64,000 nucleotides of DNA. It comes from Lama guanicoe (Eukaryota). Positions 24,339 to 36,919 of the stretch are shown here, one piece after another. The stretch spans positions 5,943,902-6,007,901 of the forward strand of contig MU053652.1 in the NCBI GenBank assembly GCA_013239625.1, given 5' to 3'. The notes under the pieces are model-generated. The model made no database searches and was not told the DNA's origin. It was given only the letters and a program-made list of their open reading frames with translations. A program made the translations under genes and the position numbers. Each line of letters begins with the position of its first letter. Positions within the stretch are counted from its first letter, which is position 1.

Positions 24339-25694
24339 TCATAGGTCCTTAAATAGCATCACGAGAAATATAAGCATAAAGAAACAGGAAAGAATGCCAT
24401 AAATATTTTGTAGGCGGGTAATAAAAATAAGATCGGTTACTATGTTGGCAACAGAGTATGGCTATTAGTGAAAACCAAGCAGAATAATTTAGATTTGATG
24501 GTGTAGGCAAAAGGAGGGAGCCATTGTAGTTCCTTGCTGTGTTACTAGGCCTTTATTTCTAGTAAGTTACCATCAGACAGATTGTTTGGTCTCCGTTATA
24601 AAATCTTTGTCAAATCAAGGGATTAGATCTTCTTAGAGGGACTGGCCAAAGAGGTTAACACACATATGTAAAACTGGCAGGATACAAGACCTCCGAAGAA
24701 GATGAGGCTAGTAGCCAGGAACGTATGCCTTTCAATGTGTTAAAATTCAAATGTAAACGTTTTATTTGCCGACCACATATTCCTGCAGTTGGAGTTATAA
24801 ACAGTGGAAACAATAACAACAGCAAGCTGCAGGCAAGTCACGTCTCCGAAAAAGTCACAGCAATGCATATGATTGTCTTCTTGTCCCCAAGTACGGTCAT
24901 ATTTTGAAGACTAGTTTGTATTACTTTTGTCAAATTCACAAGGGTTGGGATATTTTTAAAAATATGACTTAATTCTTCTTGATTTCCCTACCGATGTTTC
25001 CCATGGTGAGTTTACAAATGTATGTACCTAATCTATATGAAATTATCACATTAAAACTCATTGTAGTATTTTATCATAAAGGTCTCTTTGCGAATTTAAG
25101 AAGCAGTCCTTCCTTAGCTTTGTTTAGGGAAATGAATGTGTGCAAAAAAAAAGAATTTTCAGAAGGTGTAAATTTACTATCTGAGTTACAGTAAGTTACA
25201 ATGAGTTACAATGAAGTGTTAAGCAGAATGTATACTGAATACATACAATATATTCCAAATTGCTTTCTATTGAGAAGATTTAATTTAATATTTGGAAGGA
25301 GAAAGCACATGATAAAAGAAACGATCTTGTGAACATTCAGTTTATAGAAAGAAATTCAATATTCATGAGTTAGGGAGAATAGATTTGCAAGCAAAGATTG
25401 TACTACAGAATAGAATCAAAAGGAATGAAATCTCACAAGTATGATTTGCCATCTCAAAAGTTAAAAAAAGTAACTCTTCAAATTTTATGCCTAGTATTAA
25501 TATTAGGGGAAAAAACAGAGCACAGGGGGGTAATTACCATTAATAAGCATGTGCAGGTTAGTGAATGATTTCATTTTCGAACCTACTACAGCGTCCCCAG
25601 TGAAGACGTTTATGAAGCAGCTGGACACACCCACACACAAGACCAAGGGGAGTAAAGATACGGATATATCACTATATGGACAGTGACGGAAACT

Positions 25695-25795
25695 GTAAAT
25701 ACTCTGATGATAGGACCCGCGTCTTATGTTTCTATTTTTCTCCATGGCACTTGGCCTATAGCAGGGACTGAAAAAATGGTTGTTGAATAAATGAC
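25695..25795 (+). mobile_element. L2 3' tail
   Basis: ggcacttggcctatagcagggactg..gttgttgaataaatga. Confidence 0.6.
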
Positions 25796-25921
25796 ATATA
25801 GATCACTGAATCTGTATAGCAAAAGATCCTAAACTCAATAGAGTGAAAAATAGCATTGCCAGAGAATTTGTCTTTTTCCCATCAAATTATGTGGATTCCT
25901 AACATATGGTATTTCCTGAAT

Positions 25922-27587
25922 CAGCAGTTCTCAAACACTTTAGCCCCAGCATCTTTTACACTTAAAATTATTAATAACCCCTCCCCAAAAGCTTTTCTTT
26001 ATATACATTGTATCTATCATCCATATTAGAAATTAAAAGTGATAGATTTAAAGTATTTATTTATTTATTCATTTAAAAATAACAAAAATTAAAAGGGCAC
26101 TAATGAACTTATCTACAAACAGAAACAGACTCACAGAGGTAGAGAACAAACTTAGGGTTACCAGGGGGTAAAAGGGATGGGAAGGGATAAATTGGGAGTT
26201 TGAAATTTGCACCCCTTGGGGAGTGATGGAGATGTTAGCTATCTTGATTGTGGTGGTGGTTTCATTGGTGTGCACATCTATCAGGACTCATCAAATGGTT
26301 CATCTCAAATATGTGTAGTTTACTGTATAGAAATCTTACCATAATAAAGGCATTAAAAATAATAACAATAATAGACCAACTAATGTGGATATACATAACA
26401 TTTTAATGAAAATAACTATTCTAAAAGAAGAAAAAAATTTATGAGAAGAGTAGCATTGTTTTAGATTTTTACAAATTTCTCTATTATGTAGATTAATAGA
26501 ACGTAGGTCACATTCTTGTATCTTTTGCACAAAATCGGTTGCAATATGAAGTTTTGGTTGATGGATATTAAAAAAAAATCTGGTCTCACACAGATAAGTA
26601 GGGAAAGGGAAGACTATTTTAATAGCATTCTCTGATAATCTTTGATAACTATACCAAAATTTGACAACTATTATGTCATAAAAAGTTAATTCCAGTATAG
26701 AATCTGAGACCATACTAATAAGCTTAAAATCCATTGGTCTTGTGGTTGTTTGAATGAATCTTTTAACTATGGGAAATTTTGAAATTTGGGTGTAACATCT
26801 TTTCATTGAGTTTACATATCTGTTTCAACTGTTGGAACACCTTACCATACAATCACAAAACATTACATTTTTTAATATCACCACCAATATAATCAGAAAA
26901 GTCTGATCAGAAATGCCTGATTAGATTTGTGGAGGTTATAAATTTCCCAGAACATTGATTTTCACTCGAAAGCTCAAGTTTTATCATTGGCCAAAATTTC
27001 TAAGTTTTTCTTTAGCTAACAGGTTTTCTTTGTTCATTTCTGAGAAAAATCTTCCATACACACAAGTCTTAATAATTGTGGTTTCTCTGTCAGCAGCCTT
27101 GTCAAGGAAAAATAATGTGCCACTGAAAAAGTGGCTAGTTCATATAATAAATCATATGGATGCTCCCCCCGACCCCTGCTGGAGTCAAACGCCATCCTTC
27201 AGTCTGTAACAGAAGTGCTTTATGTGCACTTTACATTTCATCATACAGAATATTAAGGAGATTTTTACTCCAGTCAAGATTTTAAAAATCAATAGATTTT
27301 ACTACTTCATCAAGGCTACTCTCAACTGAAACTAGCAATTTTTCTTTTACTGCGAGTGTGTAGCAGTGAAGAATACACTGACACCTAATGGAGTTTGGCT
27401 CCGCTGCCTTCGTCTGGGTAAGATACCAGCAGTTTTACCCACCATCACCTTTTGTTACCATCAGGACAAATATCAACACACTGGAAGAGGCAAACAGAAT
27501 GTTAATATTGCTATAGAAATGGTTCTCATCTGATGGATCACCTGAAAAGGGAGCCTGGGGCCCCGTGGGCTACACTGAGAGCCACAC
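25922..27587. mobile_element. Charlie1-type (Charlie1a-like) hAT DNA transposon with a nested L1 piece
   Basis: Starts cagcagttctcaaa and ends ..cactgagagccac; degenerate TSD tcctgaat/tcctaat. Minus-strand remnant LSENAIKIVFPFPTYLCETRFF resembles the hAT dimerization motif. Confidence 0.8.
26091..26355 (+). mobile_element. Composite L1 3'UTR fragment nested in Charlie1
   Basis: aatgaacttatctacaaacagaaacagactcacaga..gggataaattgggagtttgaaatttgca, then gatggagatgttagctatcttgattgtggtggtggtttca..aataaa. Confidence 0.75.
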
Positions 27588-27814
27588 TCCTAATAATAGC
27601 TCTCCATTAGCACTGTAGTATGAAGGAGGAAGGAAAAAACCATTGTGAACACGTGTAGACAAACTATACTCTTACAGAAGCAGCTCAAATATTATTGTAT
27701 TTAAACATTTCGGTGCTCCCACTTAGTATAATTTCTTTAAGGATTACCAAGATGGAGAAAATGTTCTGTTTAGCCATGGCTGGATTTCCTCTCTGTTTTT
27801 ACTTCAGGTAGATA

Positions 27815-28097
27815 CACTCTCCTTCATTCTCTCCATCCCTCCCTCCTCCCCTCTCTCCTTCCTTCCTTCATTCTTTTCTTTTCTTTTCTTTTCTTTTCTT
27901 TTCTTTTCTTTTCTTTTCTTTTTTCTTTTCTCTTCCTTCCTTCCTTCCTTTTTCCTTCTTTCTTTCTTTCTCTTTCTTTCCTTTTCTTTCTTTCTCTTTC
28001 TTTCTTTCTTACTTACTTTCTTTCTTTCTGTCTGTCTTTCTTCTCCCCTTCTTTCTTTCTTTCTTTCTTCCCTCTTACCTTTTTTCTTTTTTTTTCC
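27815..28097. repeat. Compound polypyrimidine microsatellite (TTTTC)n/(TTCC)n/(TTTC)n
   Basis: About 280 bp of almost only C/T on the + strand. Confidence 0.95.
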
Positions 28098-28559
28098 TGT
28101 AAGATTATGATTGAAATCTAATTTTGTATTGTTTTAAAAACTTGTCAGAAATGTCAATGTAAGATATAATATGAAAAGTGAATAATTTTACTAACACATG
28201 CACTGAAAATCAATTTCTATCCTTGGGACGTTACCCTATATGTCTTCAAATATTTAAAAATGAAAATGGCAGAGGTTTTATTGGATCTGCATTACAGTAC
28301 ATTAAACTATAGTATCTTTATATGGGAGAATGACTCTTTAAACTGCCAATTAGTTGCATCCTTTCACTGAAATTTTACTACATACACTCCAGGTTCAGTT
28401 TTGCACTGGTCTATTTTTCAGATATTAAAGACTTTATGTTTTATTTTTCAGAGCCTGCTTTTACTTACTGTCTGCCAAACACTGAGTCAAAGGCATCATG
28501 ACTGAGACGAGTTTTGCTTTGGCCTCCATCCATGGCCGAGGCAGTCTTCAGTGCCTACA

Positions 28560-29085
28560 TATCATTCCAGCAAATTTGTGTCAAATACCTAGTATATGAG
28601 AGACAAGAGTTTAGCCTCTCTGGGAAAAAAGGGAAGATATATAAGATAAACTCCCATCAGGAAACTTGAAATCTAGTAGAAAGCCAAGTTTTATAAGTTG
28701 TCAAATACTAAGATATATAAGAATGAACTGGTGACTAGAATTAATAAGGATGGTGCACACAGATAATTGTCCTGCAGGAGCCCCACGGAGGGAAAGATGC
28801 ATTCTGACTGAGAAATGTAGGGAAAGGAGAAACAGTGTTTGGTCAGGTCTTGTGGGAGTGAGTGAGATTTTGCTGGGTGAAGATGTGGTTTGTGGGTTAC
28901 ACGCCCAGCAAAAAGAAGGGCGAGAGTATAGGCAGTGAGGAACAAGGTGCTCGGCATGTTTGATTAACGGTGAGCTGGCAGTGGGACAGTCGGAGAAGTA
29001 GCTGGGAAGGGTGATCTTTTAAGTAGTAGCAGGTGTGTTTTTGGTGGAGGCTGTGACAAGGAGCAGAGGTTAATCCTGGAAATGC
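28560..29085 (-). mobile_element. L2 fragment
   Basis: tcattccagcaaatttgtgtcaaatacctagtat..ggaaacttgaaatctagtag. Confidence 0.55.
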
Positions 29086-29099
29086 TAGCCCTAGGTCTT

Positions 29100-29777
29100 T
29101 TTTTCCAGATTTATTGAGATATAATTGTGTAAGTTTAAGCTGTATAGCATTATGGTTTGATATATGTACATATTGCAAAGTGATGACCCCAACAAGATGA
29201 ACACATCTGTCTCCAAACATAGTTTTGTGTGTGTTGAGATCTTTTAAGATCTACTCCTTTAAGAGCAACTTTCAAATATACAACACAGCATTGTTAAATA
29301 CAGTCACTTTGCTGCACATTATATCCCCAGAACTTATTCATCTTATAACTGGGAGTTGTTTGTACACCTTCACCCATTTCTCCCCCTTCACCCAGCAACC
29401 ACCAATCTACTCTCAGTTTTAAGATTCCACATATTAGTAAGATCATATATTAGTCTTTCTCTTTTTACTGACTGATTCCACTTACCATCAAGTTTCATAC
29501 ATGTTGTCATAAATGGCAGGATCTCCTTTTTAAAGGCTAAATAATATTCCATCACATGTTGATACCACATTTTCTCTACCCAGTCATCTATCAATGGACA
29601 CTTAGGTTGTTTCTATGTCTTGGCTATTGCAAATAATGCTGCAGTGAACATGGGAGTGCAGGAATCTCTTTGATATAATGATTTCATTTCCTTCAGATAT
29701 ATACAAAGAAGTGAAATTGCTGGATCACATAGGAGTTCTTTTTTTAATTTCTTGAGGAACCACCATACTATTTTCCA
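29100..29777 (-). mobile_element. 5'-truncated L1 (L1MA9-like) with 10-bp TSD
   Basis: ORF2 end remnant DWVEKMWYQHVMEYYLAFKKEILPF. TSD CCTAGGTCTT at 29090-29099 and 29778-29787. Confidence 0.88.
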
Positions 29778-30009
29778 CCTAGGTCTTCTTAAAATCCCGA
29801 ATCAAAGGAAACCAAAGGATACTATTTTAGGACTATTTTACAGTCGTAAAACATGCTTTCAAACTGTTCTCTTTCTTTGTTTTTTCAATCTCTCTGATTG
29901 TGTGTGGGTTTCTGAGCACATACAGTATGTATGGGTTCTCCTAACAGTCTACTGAGGTTAAAAAATGAGAAAGTAATGTTTACAAATCCCTTATTGGGCC
30001 AGTTTTATT

Positions 30010-30370
30010 GCAAAGGTTTAGCTTAATCCTCGCAGCAATCCTAATACTAGTAGCAATAATGCGCGCATTATCTCATTTACTCCTCACTAGTCTTTGAGGT
30101 TGACAGTCTTGGGATTCCTGAATTACAGATGAAGAGTTTAGTCTTAGAGAGAAGTAGGTGGCAGAGTGGGGACTTGAATCTATTCTTAACTGTCAAGCTG
30201 TGCTGCCCCCACAATCTTGGGGAAGTGGCCCCTATTAATACATTCTTTATTTATAAATAAGGAAACTAAGGCACAGAGAAGTTAACTTGCTGATACTCAT
30301 ATACTTTCACAAATGGCAAGTTAGGATTTTAGCTTCTGTTTGCTGTGCCCCCGAAGCGTTTGTTCTTTTC
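30010..30370 (-). mobile_element. Two adjacent MIR fragments
   Basis: cattatctcatttactcctcac..ttacagatgaaga; ataaggaaactaaggcacagagaagttaa. Confidence 0.7.
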
Positions 30371-31689
30371 ATGATATCCTGCTGTCAGCTTGTGTTGAAC
30401 TGGTCTCACTTCCTGAGGACATTCCAGTTCTTTCACATCTGGCACTAGATTTGCAGGAAAAAACATCCTGCCTGTTCTTAGGGTGAGCAGAAAGGAGAAC
30501 AAGTGATGCTTACAAAATTGTGCACCCTTGCAGGTATATTAAGCGCATCTCTGAATTAAGCAAAGCTATTGTATGCCAGTGCTCCCGGCAGACGACCAAA
30601 TGCTTGGACACTGATTTCTTCCACCTGAAGACTGAGGGGGGGTTTTGTTTGTTTTTGTTTTGTGTTGTTTCGTTTTTTGCACGTAGTCTAGTTTAGTGAT
30701 TTCCATGCTTTGGAAGCAGCCTCATTAAAATCAGCCTGGGAACGGTGCACACAGAAACACAAAACATGTTTCCGGAATTCTGACTCAAGAGGTATCAGGT
30801 GGTAACCAGTCATCTGTTTTTGAAAAGCTTCTTGGTTCAGAAAGTAGAGGGCAATGGTCAGGCTGAGTGTCTGGAGTCAGATCTCATTGGCTTTATTCCC
30901 TGCTGTGCATCTTTGGCAAGTTGGGTAGCCTCTCTGATCCTCAGTTCATCCTCTATACTTGAGTTCCCCGTATACTATGATTATTATGTACAATCTGGTT
31001 TGAGAAACACTGGTCTACTAGCTATGATAACTTAGAGAGATATCAAGAGATGGGTGAGAAAATTCCATAAACCTGAGGGATTATTTCCCCAGTTATGTGA
31101 AAGGAAGGATAATTATAACTGAATAAACCCAGTACAGTTCTACTGTGGAACCCACTTATATTCAATGTGCATTGTTCAAATATTATAAGACAGCATAAGT
31201 CTAGACCTAGTAAATTAAAATCAGGGTGATATAGGTGTAGAATAAACCAAAGTTAATGCTTAAAATGTTTACAGCACGAGTGGTTAGTAAGCATATTAAT
31301 ATTGTAATCCAACTGCATGAGGGACGTTTGACCTAATTAAATGAAAAGTAACAACCACGACAAATCTTAATTACCTCGCAGCATACACCGGTACACATTC
31401 ACATACACAGCTTTTCCTGGCAGTGAACCTACTTAGTAACACCTTTATAGACCAGGAAGAATTTGGAGCTTGTTAAACCATGACAAATTGTTCATTTTTA
31501 TAGGTGAAGCGTGAATCCTAGAAAGGTTAAGATGACTATTTTAAAACCTCACAACTGGTTAGTTTCCAAATCAAGGCTGGGAGTCAGATTTAAAATTTTC
31601 TTGTTCTCATCAAAACTATAGTAAAGCTAGTTTTCATTAAAGTAGTTCCAAGAATTTAGACCATTCACTGTGCCAGATTGGCTGGGAGA

Positions 31690-32530
31690 TGCTGTGTTGT
31701 AAAAGGAAGAAAACGGGCTTTGGAGTTTCCCAGACCACAGTTGAAGGGCTCTCTCAGTTACTGGATGTGTGGCTGGGGTGTATTACTTCGTTCTGTTGAG
31801 CTTTGGCTGCTTCTTTTCTGTGAATACGGATTACAGTAAAATCGACCCTTGTCATTCACGGGTCTAAAACTCATGTTTCTATGTTGGAGAGCAACTTCCA
31901 AGTTCCACGATGTGTAGCAAACCACCTGCTTCAGAGCAGTGAATTCCTTAGCTAACAGGTGAGCATACTCAACTATGCAGATTTTCTCTTGAAGCTATAC
32001 AATCTCTATTTTTTAGTAAGAAAGAAAGAAAAAAAAGTCAACTGCTCATGATGATGCCGAAAAAGAAAATAAGTGAGAGGAGAGCTTTTAAAGTGATGTT
32101 TCTTAGCAGTTGGAAGGGACTAGGATACATTAAAGGGTAGAATGTCAAGCTTTATACTGGATCAGGTCACAGCCAAGATATGACTAGTTCTGCCCTAAGT
32201 TCCATATACAGAAACTAGAGAAAGTGGTTCCTGAAACTGGCTTAGTAAATGCTGTCATCTTTGCAAAATCACTTAAAGAAAATCAAGCTTTAGTGCAAAT
32301 TGAAATGTAGGTTACACTGTGAAGCTATGCACAGGAAACGATTGAATTAAACATGAATGTGGTTTTAAAAGGCCAAAAGCTTGCATAAAAATTTAGCAAT
32401 TTACAAAAGTATTAGAATATATTGCTAACAAAGCTAAGACTCTACTATAACTATTTAATAAGGTAGTTCTGAGGGTTATACAAGGTAAAAATGTAATACA
32501 TTTAGCACATTGTCTAGCATATACTTTGTT
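31690..32530 (+). mobile_element. MIR split by a Tigger-like insertion
   Basis: gggctttggagt..ctgttgagctttggctgcttcttttctgtgaa..|..tagttctgaggg..gtaatacatttagcacattgtctagcata. Confidence 0.5.
31834..32447. mobile_element. Old TcMar-Tigger-like DNA transposon
   Basis: TA|cagtaaaatcgacccttgtcattcacggg start; degenerate inverted end gactctacta|TA. Confidence 0.45.
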
Positions 32531-33199
32531 AATAATAAGAATTATTATTCTCAATTTAATCTGTACGAATACAGTATTTTCTATATTTGCTATCATTTTC
32601 TATATAAAAGATTAATCACTTACTCTTATTGGTTTTATTTATCACTATCTCCTAGCTTCCCCCAATTTCAACTTCTCACTTGCATAGTGAAAGTTAAGAT
32701 TTTATGTGCTTTACTGTGGAGGATGTTACCCAAGTAGTAAATGGTTAGCCTTAGTGTTTTTTTCCCTAGAATTTCCTTGAAATTTTAAGTTACCAACTAT
32801 TATGGCTGGTTGATGGACATACCTGAAATAACGTGACGTTTCAGGACAGCACTCTTCTGCGGCTAGAGGAATCTTTTAGCAGACTTTCATGGTCTTTCAA
32901 ATCAAGAACTGCTGAGTTCAAGTCAGAAATAATAGAGTTTTCCTTCCAAGCCTATGGAACTAAGAGAGGTAGTATTAAGTAATTTGTTCAAGGTCACGGA
33001 AGGAGTGCTTATTTCAGTCAAGATTTGTACCGTGGGAGCCACATTTTGTGTCAATCACCAGCACAAAGTTCCCTGTTTAGCAGTAAAAACTTAGTTTAGG
33101 AAAGAAAGATTTTTTTTAAGTATATATAAAGTACCCACATTTAATTCAGGCACTTTTAAACAGCCATTGATCTTTTTGGCAAAACTAATTCTATTTGAC

Positions 33200-33500
33200 T
33201 CGATAAGAGTTCTATCCTGGAGCATAAAAAATGGCCCATGTTAACAGTCAGAGATCCTATCAGCTTGCGGCATGGTGTTCAGTGGAGCATCTCCTGTGAC
33301 GGATATTAGCTCAAGTCTCGTGAAGCATCTTTATTGTTCGGGAGCTAGGTAAACAGCATGTTAATTGTGTGACTCGCTGTCTTCATCATCCTTAATGTTG
33401 CCTGGCATTTATTTATGTGAGCAGTGTGTAGTGTGGAAAGATGCTTTGGGATCTCTCAGGGTGAACGACGCTATATAAATGTAAGTCATCGTAATTATTA
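33200..33500 (+). mobile_element. Ancient AmnSINE/Deu-SINE- or L2-clade 3'-tail relic
   Basis: Ends gctttgggatctctcagggtgaacgacgctatataaatgtaagt..attatta, resembling the recalled AmnSINE1 tail (aaagcgctttgggatcc..gatgaaaggcgctatataaatgtaag). Confidence 0.6.
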
Positions 33501-34089
33501 AAGTTAGAAACAAACATTAGTAAGAACCAAAAATAATTATATCACGGGGCTGTGGGAGAATTACCAGCCTGAAAAAAGCAATAGTGAGAGATTTCACTAG
33601 GAAAATTGAGAGCGATGATTTAAAATGCTTTGGAAGAATGAAAACACTAGTGTTAAATATTAGGTGACTGAACAGAACTCCACGATCTTAAAAGAAATAT
33701 AAGATGCAATGAAGTGAATATTACATGTTTGTTTACGCTCTTGTAGCATAAATTTTGTACTGTGTGAATGGTAGGTATCTGAACAAACACAATTTTGAGA
33801 AACTTTGGAAGGAAACTTCAAGGTGGTTCACTCTAATTCCCAACTGCTGCTTCTCCTGCTGACACCATTTTATTAAAAATTTTGGCATCAAGGTAGAAAG
33901 GGGGAAAAATTTTTATCATCTATTTCATAAAAACTGTTTGCAAAAGACTTCATTTCTCTTTGAAAAGGATGTTGCCAAATACACATTGGGGAAGAATTAG
34001 CTATGACACTAATTATTTATTTTAAAATTAGTGGTTGATACATGTCTGCATCCTTTTCCTCCTCTGATAAAGTATTAGGAACATGGGTC

Positions 34090-35405
34090 CTCACTGCCCA
34101 TCCCCACCCCCTTAACCTTCTGGAATCTGGTTACACATCCTTTCCTTTTTCTTCCTACCCCTGTTTCCTTTAGCTCTGATTTCCGCATTGCTAAAGGCTC
34201 TGAACATTTGTCTTGTTCATCCTAAATGACCTCTTTGAAGCATCTGAAACACTTTACCTTCTTGGAGTTCCTCTTCATCAATTTCTTTAGATCTCTTCTC
34301 CTCCTCTGCCTCCTCCTCCTCATCTGTTCCTCTAGTAATTAGGTATCTGTAGTCTGCCTACTGCTCTCAATTTAGAGTTTCCCAGGGTGCTTTGCTGGTA
34401 CTTCTGTTCTTTCTGAATAACATCCTACCTCCTCACCCGCGTCACCCGTAACCTTGACCACGCCCATGACTTCAGTGACATCTCCTGTACAAGTTAAGTC
34501 TTGTATCTCTGTCTGGCTGTATTCTGCCCTAATCCACTTGGATTTTGAACTCATCACATTCAAAATTAAGTTCATCATCTCTCACTTCAAACCCGTTCCT
34601 TCACTTGAATTTCTCATCTTAGTGAGTTAAACAGCATTCACTTGGTACTCCACATCAGACTTCTAGAACCAGTTTAGAGTACTGAAGTATATTCCAAGTC
34701 TGTTCTCTCCCCTAGATCTCTCCCATCTTAATTGAAGCTGTTAGGATTTCTTGCCTGGATCATTGCAATAACATCCCATTTCCCTCTCTCTATTTGGCTC
34801 TCCTTTCAGTGCATCCTCCGCAGAGCAGCCAGAGGGCTTGCTTTCAAAACATTTATCTCATCACATTTTTCTCTTGCTTAAAGTTATGAAATGGCTCCCT
34901 GCAGCTTTCAGCATCACGTCCCAAATCCTTGGCTGAGCAAATCACATCCTTCCTGAAAAGGCTTTTACTTTTCTTTTGACCACACAGGCCCTTTGCTCTG
35001 GCTGTGCTGGACTTGTGATTCTATAAATGAATCATACTGTCTCACATCTTTCAGAGAACTCATATGTCATTAGCATTTTCTGGGGAATTCTCCCTCCTGT
35101 CTTGGACGTGTCTCCTTTTCCTCCTCATACCTCCAAACTCAGTTCAAGGGCCACCTCCAGAAGGCCTTCCCTGACTCGAGTGCATCCTCTTTAGCATTAG
35201 GTTGGTTTCCTTGTGCCTCCCCCTTGGCCCTTCACCAGCAGACAGCACTCACTCTGCTGAGGTTGAACTGCTCATTTACTTGTCTGCCTCTATCTGGACT
35301 GTAATTTTCTTGAGGGCAGGAGTCCTGACTTGACTTTATATTCTCATTTCTTGTTTCAGTGCTTAGCTAAGTACTGTTCAATAAATACTTCCGGAACGAA
35401 TGAAG
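34090..35405 (+). mobile_element. L2 LINE, 3' ~1.3 kb
   Basis: Pyrimidine-rich body; ends ggactgtaattttcttgagggcagg..gttcaataaatacttccggaacgaatgaa. Confidence 0.85.
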
Positions 35406-36919
35406 AAATTAATGGGCATTGAGAATGGCTCTTTTGTAAAGTCTGGCCATTGGTCAAGAAAGAAATGGAAAAATCAGATGCCAATGCATATTTAGTCTAG
35501 AGTTAAATTTAATATATGAGCAGTTATCATTAGAGGAAAAAAACGAGAAAGACTATATTTTATCAAAGTACAAAGTTGGAACATAATTCTGAATCTCTAA
35601 GAAACTTGACAGCATTGCTGTAATGACATTTTCCAATCAGACAAATCTTTGGGTATTTAGAAATATGAGCATGTTTGGTTTCTTATAGAAAGCTATTGAG
35701 AATAGTGACCAACTGCACTTTTTCATTTCTGTTTAGATATTTTGGCATCATGTAGTCTCATAGGATAAACAGTGGCAAAGGTTAGAAATATTTGACACTT
35801 TATTCCCTAAATATAATGAGAGAAACACAAAAACATCTCGATTTCAGTTACAGATTCATAATGTTGACAAACATAATAAATGTCCAAGTTTTCCAAATTA
35901 CAGGATGGATTGAATGGATCAAAATGGAAATGGAAAAGCTTTTGCTTGGCTCAGCAGGTTATGTTTACAAAGTCTAGAACATTTCTGATCCCTGTTTTGG
36001 GGAGGTCATGTTTACACATCATCTAAGCAATTGACAATTTCTGTAGGTGCACAGTTGTAAAGGTGTTGCACATGTCTGATTAGTGAGACGAGCCCATACG
36101 TTCACATACATTTAAACATGCTGTAACTTAGGTTAAGTTTCCAATTTAATGCAGCATACGTTGGTGGAGGCCTTCCTGGCCACTGGTTCCCAAACAGATC
36201 ACAGAACTGCCGTTGATACTACCCACACTAAGGAGAGTGGTGCTCGATGTGCGGAAATGTTCAGTTTGTGCTGAGCCACAAGTCTTTTGTACATCAGCCT
36301 TCTGGAAGAACTTAACGTTAACCATCTGCGCACTTCTCTTTAAGGTATTATACACAAATTTTGGGTTCTTCTGGTTCTTGAATCGAATTTAGCATTAGCG
36401 AGGCTTCTTTCTCTGCCAGGGAAAGAAAGATGGTCAGTGCCCAGGTGCCCCTGTTTCTGCCTCCAGCTTGTTAGTGTTCGAGGGGACCCATCGCCCTGCA
36501 GATGGGTCCCCTCGAACAAATAGGAACAAATAGGACTCCCGTTGTCTCCATCTGCCTCTTCTATTGTGTGTCTCTCTCTGTTCTTGTGATTAGAGCTTCG
36601 GAATTGCAAGTGCCATCTAAAAGAGGAATCTTTGCGTTTTCTTGATTTGAGTGCGCTGTGAGGACAGGGTCTTTACAATATTAAACGGCTTTTTACTCTG
36701 AAAAATAAATAATTCATCAGAATCTGGGTAATAACACAGTGTCCTTTGTATATGAAGAAGACGACAACAATCTGTTTACTTGCTCAATTATTGCCTTAGG
36801 AAGAATTCTTAGAGGTGTAATGGCTGCCTTTAAGATTCTTGATAGCATCGAATTGCCCTTCACGGTTATGCGCACAGTGGTAGTGGGTAAGTTTGCCTAC
36901 CCTCCCACACATTCACCAA

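Noticed and set aside
26336..26806. Longest ORF in the track (156 aa, - strand)
   Set aside because: A frameshifted Charlie1 transposase remnant; only a short stretch resembles the hAT motif. Not an intact or domesticated gene.
30056..30071. 16-bp palindrome ATAATGCGCGCATTAT (similar case CATGCACATGTGCATG at 37668-37683)
   Set aside because: Short; about one palindrome of this size is expected by chance in 64 kb. The first lies within a MIR and neither has supporting context.
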